NCBI GenBank assembly: GCA_965220275.1
Contig: CBDCPN010000019.1
Location: 89,036-153,035 of the forward strand
Direction: 5' to 3'
DNA length: 64,000 nucleotides
From: Dehalococcoidia bacterium
GTDB taxonomy: Bacteria; Chloroflexota; Dehalococcoidia; Lucifugimonadales; Lucifugimonadaceae
Position 1 is the first letter of the stretch. Each line of letters starts with the position of its first letter. This document shows, piece after piece, positions 53,254 through 62,458 of the stretch. The notes under the pieces are model-generated. The model had not been told where the DNA came from. It worked only from the letters and a program-made list of their open reading frames with translations, and did no database searches. A program made the translations under genes and the position numbers.

Positions 53254-53850
53254 ATGCAGATCGATTTGGCCAATCACTCAGAGTTGATGATCAGGCAGAG
53301 GGTCGAGCGACTGGAGGCGTTCACCGGTTTCGAGACGGCAAATCGATACACGGTCATGACGCCCGAGGGCGAGGAGTTGTTCTACGCCCAGGAAGAGTCG
53401 GGCACGATTGGCCGCCTATTCCTGAAGAGCCACCGGCCCCTGACACTCCGCATCACCGACCGCAGCGGAAACGACGTGCTGGTCTCCAACAGGAGTTTCT
53501 TCTGGTTCTTCTCACACCTGCACGTCAAGGATGCGGAAGGGCGACACCTGGGTTCCCTCAGGCGACGGTTCTCTTTCCCGACGCGCAAGGTCACAGTCGA
53601 AGGGCCCAGCGGACAACCGATTGCGGAGATACGCGGACCGCTACTGAAACCCAAGACCTTCATGGTCTACCGTCAGGAACGGGAGATCGGCCGGGTCACG
53701 AAGCAGTGGAGCGGCCTGATGAAGGAGGCGTTCACGGACGCTGACACCTTCAAGCTCGAGTTAAACAGCCCAGGACTGGACAGGGACCTGGCTCCAATGA
53801 TGCTGGCGGCGGCTTTCGCGATCGACCTGGACTTCTTCGAGTCCGGCTAA
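53254..53850 (+). CDS. Phospholipid scramblase (PLSCR)-family protein homologue
   Basis: LEAFTGFETANRYTVMTPEGEELFYAQEES....R......RPLTLRITD..GNDVL matches the scramblase family core, and the C-terminus is a hydrophobic helix. I chose the start at the ATG at 53254 with GGAGAAG upstream. Confidence 0.7.
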   Translation: MQIDLANHSELMIRQRVERLEAFTGFETANRYTVMTPEGEELFYAQEESGTIGRLFLKSHRPLTLRITDRSGNDVLVSNRSFFWFFSHLHVKDAEGRHLGSLRRRFSFPTRKVTVEGPSGQPIAEIRGPLLKPKTFMVYRQEREIGRVTKQWSGLMKEAFTDADTFKLELNSPGLDRDLAPMMLAAAFAIDLDFFESG

Positions 53851-54037
53851 CGGACGCCTGAAGAGGGCAACAGGTAAGACTGGCCAGAGGGTGTTTCAAT
53901 AATCCCTTCGCCGGTGACCGGGAGAGGGTTAGAGCCTGCCCCGTACTTGATGCGGGAGTGAGGCCATAGCGTGAAATCGTAGGTCCTTCATTTGATACAA
54001 CGATTCCGGTTGCCCGGCGTTTCGCCCTCACCTTAAT

Positions 54038-54055
54038 CCTCTCCCCCAGGAGAGG
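54038..54055. terminator. Stem-loop CCTCTCC-CCCA-GGAGAGG between convergent genes (possible bidirectional terminator, or a REP-like element)
   Basis: 7-bp perfect stem read from the sequence. It lies between the stop of the scramblase-like gene (53850) and the stop of the minus-strand PTE gene (54141). It belongs to the same GGGAGAGG motif family seen at 53044, 53074 and 53920. Confidence 0.3.
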
Positions 54056-54140
54056 AAGTGGTTTAGCCGAGTGACTTTTGAAGCAGGCTCTTCCTGGGTA
54101 TCCCCGGCTGGTACTGGTCGGGCGCGTCGAACGCCGGTGG

Positions 54141-55193
54141 TCAGACCAGGGTGAGCACGTTGGCGGGATTGTCCACCGTGATTGCCCGGATCTCGTCCTC
54201 GGAAAACCCTTTTCGCCGCATCACGGGGACTATGTTCTCCAGGATGTGGCCGTAGCCGTGTCCGCCGTATTGCACGAGCCGGTGCTTCACGGCGATGTCC
54301 TGCCCGATTACGACCCTGTCCACATAGCCGGCGTCGGCGATGTGCCTGATGAATTCCAGTCTTTGTGCGTCGCTGGGCATGTCGAAATCGGCGAGTGGGT
54401 AGTACGACCCTTCATTTCCGAACAGGTCCCACTCGAGGTAGCAGCCTGATGCTGCGATGCTTCGTAGCAGGTCGAAGTCAAACACAGTCCTGTCCAGGTG
54501 CCCCATGATCACGCGGGATATGTCCGCGCCGCCGTCCGACAGGATTTCCAGTATTTGAGCGGGCGCGTCAGGATGGCGCCCCGGGTGGATCAGTATGGCC
54601 GCGCCGGTCTCCTTCTGCGCGATGGCTGACGCGAGCAGGGACTTTCGTTCGTTGGCCGTCAGCGGCCACGTGCATCCCACCTCGCCGATGATTCCGGCCT
54701 TGACGCCGGTGTCGCCGGCGCCGTCCGTGAAGTCGGCGACAATCTCGTGGGCCAGGTTCTCCACGCTCCGCTCATCCATACCGTCGGGATGGACCACGTC
54801 CACGTAGAAGCCCGCGCCCATCACGATATGCACCCCTGATTCACGGGAAATTCGGGCCAGGGCGTCGGGATTCCGCCCGAAACAGGACGTGGTCGTCTCC
54901 ACGATTCCGCCGCCGCCGGCATCCCGGTAGAACTTGAGTTCGCTGACGGTGGTTTCGGGGTCCATCAGGGTCAAATTAGGGCGGTTGCTGTAGTAGTTGC
55001 GCCTTATCCATCCCAGGTTCTCCAGCGATATCGGGGCATCTTCGAGTTCTGCAGACGGCACGTCCCTGGCAGGCCGAAACATGAACGAGAAGTCGATGTA
55101 GAGGTGCTCGTGGGTCGTTGTTGGGCCGAGCTCCGACGGCGGGATCGGTCCCAGGACGGTCTGTATGAGACCCCGATTTTGTGTTGCTGGCAT
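54141..55193 (-). CDS. Phosphotriesterase-family protein (second PTE/PHP paralogue)
   Basis: TTTHEHLYIDF metal motif and a 350-aa TIM-barrel-sized protein, with later GIIGEVG and ILIHPG motifs. Confidence 0.85.
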   Translation of the reverse strand: MPATQNRGLIQTVLGPIPPSELGPTTTHEHLYIDFSFMFRPARDVPSAELEDAPISLENLGWIRRNYYSNRPNLTLMDPETTVSELKFYRDAGGGGIVETTTSCFGRNPDALARISRESGVHIVMGAGFYVDVVHPDGMDERSVENLAHEIVADFTDGAGDTGVKAGIIGEVGCTWPLTANERKSLLASAIAQKETGAAILIHPGRHPDAPAQILEILSDGGADISRVIMGHLDRTVFDFDLLRSIAASGCYLEWDLFGNEGSYYPLADFDMPSDAQRLEFIRHIADAGYVDRVVIGQDIAVKHRLVQYGGHGYGHILENIVPVMRRKGFSEDEIRAITVDNPANVLTLV

Positions 55194-55369
55194 CGAGCCG
55201 TTCCTCGTAGTAGGGTGGGCCGCAAGCGTAGCACGAAGAATTCAGGCGACAGTCATGGCCTCGACCGTTCGCCGTTCATGTTTAGACGCTGTCCGGAAGG
55301 CCCGAATCTGTATCCGCCGCTTAGGCGTCGCGGAATGCGAACCGACCCGATAAGCAAGAGATCCAAACG

Positions 55370-56503
55370 TTGAAATTCGCTGCATTTACCACGGTCGCAG
55401 CCTCGGCCGGAGAAGCCACCGACGCCGTCGGTCTGCTGGACAACCTCAGGCGTCAAACGGTCCTTGCCGAGGAACTGGGCTTCGAGGCCATGTGGCTTGG
55501 GGAGCACCACTTCGGGCCCTACGGAGCCGGTGACATTCCGAACCCGATCCTGCTCGGGGCGGACCTGGCGGCCCGGACATCCCGGATTCGCATCGGGCAG
55601 ATGGCGAACATCGCTCCGTGGTGGCATCCGATACGGCTTGCCGAGGATCTGGCGATCCTGGACAACATGACCGGGGGTCGCGTGGACGTCGGCTTCGGCA
55701 GAGGGGTCTGGCCTTATGAGGGGCCGCAGTTCCATGCGAATGCGGACCCGCGAAAGGACAAGGAGAACCGGGAACTGTTCCGGGAGACGGTGGAGATCGT
55801 GCGGGAGATATGGACCAACGAGTACTTTTCGTACCGCGGGACCAACTACACCTTCCCGGCGGACGACACCGTTTTTTCGCATCCCCTGTACCCGTCGAAT
55901 CCCGCATGGCAGGACGGGGACCGGGTGACGAAGCTGCGCGTTACTCCCAGGCCGTTCCAGAAGCCACACCCTCCGATGTGGATGACCGTCTCCACAGACC
56001 GTTCCGTGACGACCGCGGCTGAAATGGGACTGAAGGCGTGCTACTGGCAGCCCCCGGCCCTCAGGATCAGGCGCCGCATGGAACTCTACGCACGGGTCAG
56101 GACCGAATTGGAGGGAAGGCCGTTCGCCGTGGGGGAAGAACAGGCGGTCATGCGCTCGACGTACGTCTCGTCTTCGATGGAACAGGCGCGGCGCGAGGCG
56201 GAAGAGGCCATCATGTCTGCCTTCATCTTCAACGACCCATTCCGCGGCAGACAGGTCTTCACCAACCCTGACGAGGCATTGGCCCCCGACGTCAAGCTGG
56301 ACTGGGATTTCCTGGAGCCGCGCACGCTGTTGGTGGGTTCCCCGGAGAACGTGGTTGAGAAGGTCCAGGAGTTGCAGGAGGTCTGCAACCTCAACTACCT
56401 GTTAGTCGATTTCTCGCACATGGGCCTGTCGTTGAGCCAGTCGCTGACGAACCTTGAGACCTTTGCAACTAAGGTAATGCCAAGATTTGCAGGCGATGGC
56501 TGA
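55370..56503 (+). CDS. Luciferase-like (LLM class) flavin/F420-dependent monooxygenase/oxidoreductase
   Basis: MKFAAF...AEELGFEAMWLGEHHF is a typical LLM N-terminus. 377 aa with a TTG start. Confidence 0.85.
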   Translation: MKFAAFTTVAASAGEATDAVGLLDNLRRQTVLAEELGFEAMWLGEHHFGPYGAGDIPNPILLGADLAARTSRIRIGQMANIAPWWHPIRLAEDLAILDNMTGGRVDVGFGRGVWPYEGPQFHANADPRKDKENRELFRETVEIVREIWTNEYFSYRGTNYTFPADDTVFSHPLYPSNPAWQDGDRVTKLRVTPRPFQKPHPPMWMTVSTDRSVTTAAEMGLKACYWQPPALRIRRRMELYARVRTELEGRPFAVGEEQAVMRSTYVSSSMEQARREAEEAIMSAFIFNDPFRGRQVFTNPDEALAPDVKLDWDFLEPRTLLVGSPENVVEKVQELQEVCNLNYLLVDFSHMGLSLSQSLTNLETFATKVMPRFAGDG

Positions 56504-56602
56504 AGTAGGGAGGGCGCGTTCACGGGCCTTGCACGATCTCTCGCGATAGAGTTCATTGGCGTCTCCACTATCCACAGTCAGCGCCATGTCCAAGGAACCG
56601 AA

Positions 56603-57355
56603 GTGACTGATCAAACCAGCCTGAAAGACGAACTTAAGGCCCAGTGGGAGGCGATGGCGGAGGACTGGATAAAACAGGCCCAGGATTCCGAGTCGTCGCA
56701 CCGCGAAGCCATGCTTGATGGATGGATGCTCGATGCCGTGGGGAACGTGTCTGGCCGAAAGGTGATCGACCTCGGATGCGGCGAGGGTCGGTTCAGCCGG
56801 ATGCTCGCCGAGAGAGGCGCGGTGGTGACCGGTGTGGACCTATGCCGGCCATTCATCGAGTTCGCCAGGGAGCATCGCGTCTCCGACGAGTCCTACCTGA
56901 TCGGAGACATGGAGGACCTCCACGGGGTGTCCAGCGGCGAGTTCGATCTCGCTGTCTCATACGTGACCCTCGTCGACGTACCTGACATGGACAGCGCTGT
57001 GCGAGAGGCCTTTCGGGTCCTGCGCCGCGGCGGGCGATTCGTCGTCTGCAATCTTCACCCGATGGTATCGGCGAGTCCCGGCTGGATCAGGCAGGGAAAC
57101 CGGCAGATGCACTATCCGGTCGATCGCTACTTCGACGAGGGAGAGCGTGATATCTCGCGACGGGAAGACATGCCTTGGACCAACTTCCACCGGACGTTGT
57201 CAACGCAGTTTCACACGTTTCTTGGCGCTGGCTTCACGGTCGAAGACATACGGGAGCCCACGCCGACTGCCGAGCAAGCCGCGCGGTACCCGATCGTCAG
57301 CGATAACCTCCGGGTACCGGAGTTCATCATCTTCATCCTTCGCAAACCCGAATAA
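56603..57355 (+). CDS. Class I SAM-dependent methyltransferase
   Basis: VIDLGCGEGRFS motif I, followed by GGRFVVCNLHP. Confidence 0.85.
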   Translation: MTDQTSLKDELKAQWEAMAEDWIKQAQDSESSHREAMLDGWMLDAVGNVSGRKVIDLGCGEGRFSRMLAERGAVVTGVDLCRPFIEFAREHRVSDESYLIGDMEDLHGVSSGEFDLAVSYVTLVDVPDMDSAVREAFRVLRRGGRFVVCNLHPMVSASPGWIRQGNRQMHYPVDRYFDEGERDISRREDMPWTNFHRTLSTQFHTFLGAGFTVEDIREPTPTAEQAARYPIVSDNLRVPEFIIFILRKPE

Positions 57356-57385
57356 CCTCCAAGTGTCTGAAATGAGGAGACTTTG

Positions 57386-58138
57386 ATGCCAATCGACGGC
57401 GAATTGTCCGGCAAAGTTGCCCTAATCACCGGCGCGAGCAGGGGAATCGGCAAGGCCATTGCCGTCGGCTACGCTGCCGCAGGCGCGAGCGTTTGCTGCG
57501 TTGCCAGGACTGAGTCCGTTCTGGCTCGCACGGCGGCCGAAATTCAACGAACCGGCGGCTCTGCGGTAGCCGTCCCAGCCGACGTCATGGACTACGATTC
57601 AGTCGTCCGCGCGTTCGAAGTTGCCGCCCGCGAGTTAGGCGGAGTCGACATCGTCGTCATCAACGCCGGGGGCAATTCTGACGATAGCGATGACATTGAA
57701 AGCGGCAGTCCGGACCAGTGGATAGGCACCATCGAGTTGAACCTGTCAGGCGCCTACTATACGGCGAAGGCGGCGATACCCCATCTGAAACAGCGAGGAG
57801 CCGGGAAGATCATCACGGTCGGATCAGGCCTTGGCCGTCGCGGCAGGCCGGGCATGTCGGCATACGCGTCGTCGAAGGCCGGACTCTCCATGCTCACACG
57901 TGTACTCGCGCTGGAACTGTGGCAGCACAAGATCAGCGTCAACGAGCTGATTCCGGGCCCTGTCCTCACTGATCTCGTCGCCCAATCGTATGCCCAGGAC
58001 CCCAGGTCCGTCTTCCAGGACGACAGCGAGTGGGTCAAGACCCCCGAAGACGTCGTACCCCTCGCCCTGTACATGGCCACCCAGCCGGTAAAAGGCCCCA
58101 CCGGCCAGACCTTCAGCCTGATGCGGCGGGATATGTGA
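57386..58138 (+). CDS. SDR-family oxidoreductase. Its last 52 codons are duplicated 1.7 kb downstream.
   Basis: TGASRGIGKAIA, NAGG and YASSK motifs. GAGGAG lies 6 nt upstream of the ATG at 57386. Confidence 0.88.
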   Translation: MPIDGELSGKVALITGASRGIGKAIAVGYAAAGASVCCVARTESVLARTAAEIQRTGGSAVAVPADVMDYDSVVRAFEVAARELGGVDIVVINAGGNSDDSDDIESGSPDQWIGTIELNLSGAYYTAKAAIPHLKQRGAGKIITVGSGLGRRGRPGMSAYASSKAGLSMLTRVLALELWQHKISVNELIPGPVLTDLVAQSYAQDPRSVFQDDSEWVKTPEDVVPLALYMATQPVKGPTGQTFSLMRRDM

Positions 58139-58140
58139 GG
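57980..58140 (+). repeat. Direct repeat copy 1 (3' end of the SDR gene, including the stop codon and 2 more nt)
   Basis: 161 bp, about 90% identical to 59658-59818 by manual alignment (16 differences). Confidence 0.9.
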
Positions 58141-58335
58141 GGGGATCGCTGATAGGAACACGACAATTCGGCTGCATCGTCCCAAGACGGCCAGCCCACG
58201 TCGTCCTGCCCGTGATACCCCGGCCTGGGGCAAGTGTCTGCATACCGGCACGGGTTGCCTGTAGGAAGCGCTTCAAGCGGCATCGCCCCCCAGTCAGGCC
58301 CTGATGGACTCGCGTATTTAGTGCCCTTAATGCAG

Positions 58336-58364
58336 TTGACTAAATTTAGCTCTGGGAGTAAATT
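58336..58364 (+). promoter_or_regulatory. Sigma-70-like promoter candidate, TTGACT-17 nt-TAAATT, upstream of the ATPase gene
   Basis: Read from the sequence in an AT-rich stretch about 35 nt upstream of the ATG at 58398. A GAGG is present 11 nt before the ATG. Confidence 0.4.
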
Positions 58365-58397
58365 TACATTATTGAATAAGCAGAGGTAAATATCGAC

Positions 58398-59600
58398 ATG
58401 GCCGACTTTTCAAACCCCTTTCGTCCAGGCGCCGGCCACAGGCCGCCCTATCTGGCTGGGCGGGGGGCGGAACGCGAAGAATTCGTCCGGCTGCTCCAGC
58501 AAAGTACGATTCTGGAAAACATGGTGCTAACCGGGCTTCGAGGAGTAGGTAAGACGGTGCTCCTCGACTCATTCAAGCCCTTGGCCACACAACACGGGTG
58601 GCTGTGGGTCGGGACCGACCTTTCGGAATCTACAAGCATCAGCGAGGACAGTTTGGCAATTCGACTCTTCACGGATCTGTCGCCTGTCACATCGGACGTG
58701 GTCGTGGCTACCGAGGAGGTACGCCACATCGGATTCGCTTCCGGCTCAGAGCGCGTCCAACACAGGCTCAGCTACGAGGCCCTCATAGATGCCTACGACC
58801 GCATACCGGGCCTATCGCTGGACAAGGTCAAAGGGGTACTGGAATCCGCATGGAGCGGTCTGTCGAAGTCGGGGCACATACGCGGCGTCATATTCGCGTA
58901 CGACGAGGCGCAAAATCTCACAGATCAGGCGGCCAAAGAGCATTATCCGCTGTCCATGCTGCTCGACTGTTTCCAGTCTCTGCAAAGACAGGGTCTCCCC
59001 TTGATGCTCGTCTTGACCGGTCTTCCGACGTTGTTCCCCAAGCTCGTTGAGGCGAGGACCTACTCGGAGCGAATGTTCAGGGTTGTTTTTCTACAAAGCC
59101 TTGACCGACAGGAAAGTGAAGAGGCAATTCGCAAGCCTGTTCAAGACACTGCGTGTCCGGTACGCCTAAGCGACAGTTCAGTCGAAACGATCATCGCAAT
59201 GTCGGGAGGCTATCCATACTTCATACAGTTCATATGCAGGGAGGTTTATGACGTTTTCATTCAAAGAATCGACAAGGGTGAACGTGCGTCAGTTCCCGCC
59301 GCGGAGATCGAACAGAAACTAGACACCGATTTCTTTTCCGGGCGATGGGCGCGCGCAACCGACCGCCAAAGGGAGTTGATGATAGTGATTTCCCGCCTCG
59401 ACAGTAGCGACAGTGAGTTCACGGTCCAGGAAGTGGTCCAGGAATCCAGGCGAGTGCTGGACAAACCGTTCGGCAGCAGCCATGTCAGTCAAATGCTCGC
59501 GGCGCTCGCGTCACAGGGACTGGTGTACAAGAATCGACATGGCAAATACTCATTCGCAGTGCCGCTGCTGGGTCGATTCATAAGACGGCAGGCACAGTGA
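58398..59600 (+). CDS. AAA+/ORC-like P-loop ATPase with a C-terminal winged-helix-like domain (function unknown)
   Basis: NPFRPGAGHRPPYLAGRGAEREEF, then Walker A GLRGVGKT and Walker B-like VIFAYDEAQ. The C-terminal region (TDRQRELMIVISRL...LASQGLVYKNRHGKYSF) looks like a wHTH. G+C is lower than in the neighbouring genes by eye. Confidence 0.7.
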   Translation: MADFSNPFRPGAGHRPPYLAGRGAEREEFVRLLQQSTILENMVLTGLRGVGKTVLLDSFKPLATQHGWLWVGTDLSESTSISEDSLAIRLFTDLSPVTSDVVVATEEVRHIGFASGSERVQHRLSYEALIDAYDRIPGLSLDKVKGVLESAWSGLSKSGHIRGVIFAYDEAQNLTDQAAKEHYPLSMLLDCFQSLQRQGLPLMLVLTGLPTLFPKLVEARTYSERMFRVVFLQSLDRQESEEAIRKPVQDTACPVRLSDSSVETIIAMSGGYPYFIQFICREVYDVFIQRIDKGERASVPAAEIEQKLDTDFFSGRWARATDRQRELMIVISRLDSSDSEFTVQEVVQESRRVLDKPFGSSHVSQMLAALASQGLVYKNRHGKYSFAVPLLGRFIRRQAQ

Positions 59601-59657
59601 CTATCGAATCTTCGTGAGCCCCCGTACCTGTCTGCTTCGGTCCGCTTTAAACCACTC

Positions 59658-59818
59658 GCTCAGTCGTACGCCCAGGACCCCAGGTCCGTCTTTCAGGACG
59701 ACAGCGAGTGGGTCAAGACCCCTGAAGACTTCGTACCCCTCGCTCTGTATATGGCCACTCAGCCCGAGAAGGGCCCTACCGGCCAGACCTTCAGCCTGAT
59801 GAGACGGGATATGTGAGG
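59658..59818 (+). pseudogene. Detached 3' fragment (52 codons plus stop) of an SDR gene; direct repeat copy 2
   Basis: Translates in frame to AQSYAQDPRSVFQDDSEWVKTPEDFVPLALYMATQPEKGPTGQTFSLMRRDM*. It differs from the intact gene's C-terminus at 2 residues only, and no start codon or N-terminal part precedes it. Confidence 0.85.
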
Positions 59819-59840
59819 TGGATTCCAACCAGGACGGGCC

Positions 59841-60656
59841 TTACATCGGCGCCTGGCCGATTACCGCGTAGATTCGGTGAGGTACCTGCAGTATGTCGCC
59901 GGGGAATCGGTCAGCCAGCATGGTCGCGTGGGCGCGGTCGAACTTCTCCACCTCATCAGGAGTGAGAGACGCCCCTATGCCGGCGCTTGCCCGGATGCGG
60001 CCCCTCCAGGCGACTGTCGTATAGGGGATCTGGAGGTCGTACTCGAAGCTATTGACCTCCACGAATCCTCCCTGATTGACCTCGTCGATCCACACTGGGT
60101 GTCGTCCGGCGCCTCCGTAGAGTGTCCAACGTGGATTGGCGCTTCGTATGAGTTCCTCGGTTGCCTCTGGAACGCTGCCCGGCAATGGAAGCCAGTCCAG
60201 CGACGCAATTACGAGGTGTCCTCCCGGCGTCAGGACTCGCAAGGCCTCTTTGATGGCCGACGTCGAGTCGAACCACCACCAGCACTGCCCGGCGATCACC
60301 AGGTCAACGGACTGCGAAGGCAACCCGGTGGATTCGGCCGTTGTGTTTACGTAGTCCACGTAAACACCAGCTGCTTTGTCTAAATTCTGGGCCTCCCGCG
60401 TAATTGCTTCAGAGGGGTCGATTCCGATTACCTTGCTTGCGCCTCGGATCGCGAGTTCCCGGGCCACAGTCCCGGTACCCGTGCCAAAATCAACTGCCCG
60501 TGCGCCTTGGATGGCAACACCGTGTCGCTCCAGTTTGGTGAAGAAACTGTCTGGGAAGCCCGCCCGATACTGCGCGTAGTCGGCAGCCGTCTTGCCGAAG
60601 TCGACTCCTTCCATCTGACGGGCTCGCGGAGTGGGGTCGTAGTTACTAAGGTCCAT
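59841..60656 (-). CDS. Class I SAM-dependent methyltransferase
   Basis: AVDFGTGTGTVAREL motif I, followed by GGHLVIASLDW. Confidence 0.85.
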   Translation of the reverse strand: MDLSNYDPTPRARQMEGVDFGKTAADYAQYRAGFPDSFFTKLERHGVAIQGARAVDFGTGTGTVARELAIRGASKVIGIDPSEAITREAQNLDKAAGVYVDYVNTTAESTGLPSQSVDLVIAGQCWWWFDSTSAIKEALRVLTPGGHLVIASLDWLPLPGSVPEATEELIRSANPRWTLYGGAGRHPVWIDEVNQGGFVEVNSFEYDLQIPYTTVAWRGRIRASAGIGASLTPDEVEKFDRAHATMLADRFPGDILQVPHRIYAVIGQAPM

Positions 60657-60763
60657 CCGGCTTACTCGCAGCCGTGTATCGTCTAGGTTCGTTCACCAAC
60701 TATGTTCGCGTCCGGCAAGGCAAACGCAACCAGGAATTCGAATTCGGTTCTCATCATGCTCCC

Positions 60764-61504
60764 ATGCTAGACCCTTTCGACTTCCTGTTTACGGCCCTTG
60801 TGCTAGGCGTTGCTGCGTTCATCATCGGCGCCATCGGGTTCGGCTTCGGCCTGACGACCACGCCGTTTCTGCTTCTCTACCTCGACCCCCAGACTGTCGT
60901 GATCGTGGTCAACGCAGTCGCGATCCTGGCATTCGGCCTCATGCTGTTCGAGACCCGACGGGAGGTGCGCTATCGGGAACTAACGCCCGTGGCGGTCGCC
61001 GGCGTTCTGGGCGTGCCGGTCGGGGTTTACGCCCTCAGCGAGCTGGACCCGCACGCGCTTCGTATCGGCATCGCGGCGCTCGTACTGGCGCTCACGGTCC
61101 TCGTAATCGTCAATAGAAACTGGCGGGTCCCGAAGCCACGGGTCACCGGCCCCGTGACCGGTTTCTGCGCCTCAGCCCTCGTCGCCGGCCTTGCGATCGG
61201 TGGCCCTCTACTCGTCCTCTACCTGCTTGGGCGCGGGATGGGGCGGCAGGGCGTGCGGGCGTCGATGTCGTTCCTCTTCGTCATCATGTACAGCACCGCC
61301 CTTGCGGGCTACGCAATCCAGGGCCTGGTAACCACCGACCGCCTGCTCCTCACGGCCGCAGCCATTCCCGCGGTCGCCGCCGGTTACTGGCTTTCGGTTC
61401 GCCTCACGGGAAGAATGAACGCCACCGTCTTTCGACGGGTCGTAGTCACCGTCATCGCAGGGACGAGCATTCTCGTCCTGGCGCGGGAAGTGCTGGCGCT
61501 GTAG
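60764..61504 (+). CDS. TauE/SafE (TSUP, DUF81) family anion exporter/permease
   Basis: 246-aa polytopic membrane protein with the GFGFG..TTPFLL motif typical of the TSUP family. I chose the start at the ATG at 60764. Confidence 0.8.
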   Translation: MLDPFDFLFTALVLGVAAFIIGAIGFGFGLTTTPFLLLYLDPQTVVIVVNAVAILAFGLMLFETRREVRYRELTPVAVAGVLGVPVGVYALSELDPHALRIGIAALVLALTVLVIVNRNWRVPKPRVTGPVTGFCASALVAGLAIGGPLLVLYLLGRGMGRQGVRASMSFLFVIMYSTALAGYAIQGLVTTDRLLLTAAAIPAVAAGYWLSVRLTGRMNATVFRRVVVTVIAGTSILVLAREVLAL

Positions 61505-61566
61505 CCGAGCCGATCTGCCGTCAACAGACCGCCATCATGCTATCGTTCGGCGCGGGAGGCATACTC

Positions 61567-62439
61567 ATGACCAAGCTGGAGTTCGTCGACACACACATCC
61601 ACCTGTACGACATGCAGCACCCGGAGTTGCAGTACGGCCACTGGCACCCGACCGAGCCGCATCCGGTCATGGGGTGGCAGATTCGGAAACTCGCCGAGAA
61701 CAACTACGTCGCCGAGGACTACATCGCCGAGACCCGCGACGCCAACGTCACCAAGGCGGTCCACGTGCAGGCCGCCTTCGGCAACCCCGACCCGGTGACG
61801 GAGACCGAGTGGTTGCAGGAAGCGGCCGACCGTACAGGGTTCCCGCACGGAATCGTGGCGCACGCCGACCTGCGCGACCCCGGCGTTGAAGCCGTACTCG
61901 AACGCCACTGCGAGGATCCCAACATGCGCGGCATCCGCGACTTCTCATACGGCGACTACCTGGTCGAGCCGGACTACCACCGCGGCTTCGCCCTACTCGA
62001 AAAGTTCAACCTGGTGTCCAGCATGCCCGCCGAGTGGCAACACATGGAGGACCTGCGGAACCTGGCGAACAAGTTCCCGAACATCCTCATCGTCGTCGAT
62101 CACACCGCCTTTCCGACGGAGCGCACGGACGAGTACTTCGAGAACTGGAAGAAGGGCATCGCCATCGCGGCCACATGCGACAACATCCGCTGGAAGATTT
62201 CCGGCCTCGGCATGGCCGACCACACCTGGACGATCGACAGCATCAGGCCCTACGTGCTCACGTCCATCGAAACGATGGGCATAGACCGTTGCTTCTTCGC
62301 CACCAACTGGCCGGTCGACAAGATTTTCAGCACCTACGACGAACTCATAGACGCCTACACGGAACTAATCTCGGGCTTCAGCCAGGACGAACAGACCGCC
62401 CTATTCTCCAAAACGGCCGAGGAGATTTACCGCATCTGA
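61567..62439 (+). CDS. Amidohydrolase-2-family metal-dependent hydrolase/decarboxylase
   Basis: FVDTHIHLYD HxH motif at the N-terminus, a later VVDH motif, and FFATNWPVD near the C-terminus. Confidence 0.8.
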   Translation: MTKLEFVDTHIHLYDMQHPELQYGHWHPTEPHPVMGWQIRKLAENNYVAEDYIAETRDANVTKAVHVQAAFGNPDPVTETEWLQEAADRTGFPHGIVAHADLRDPGVEAVLERHCEDPNMRGIRDFSYGDYLVEPDYHRGFALLEKFNLVSSMPAEWQHMEDLRNLANKFPNILIVVDHTAFPTERTDEYFENWKKGIAIAATCDNIRWKISGLGMADHTWTIDSIRPYVLTSIETMGIDRCFFATNWPVDKIFSTYDELIDAYTELISGFSQDEQTALFSKTAEEIYRI

Positions 62440-62458
62440 CGGGCACCCTACACCTGCA

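Noticed and set aside
59601-59828. ORFs 59601-59828 (minus) and 59614-59799 (plus) as genes
   Set aside because: They lie on the duplicated SDR 3' fragment. The frame that matches the SDR C-terminus has no start codon, and the listed ORFs are shadow frames mirrored by equivalent ORFs over the intact gene (57824-58276 minus).
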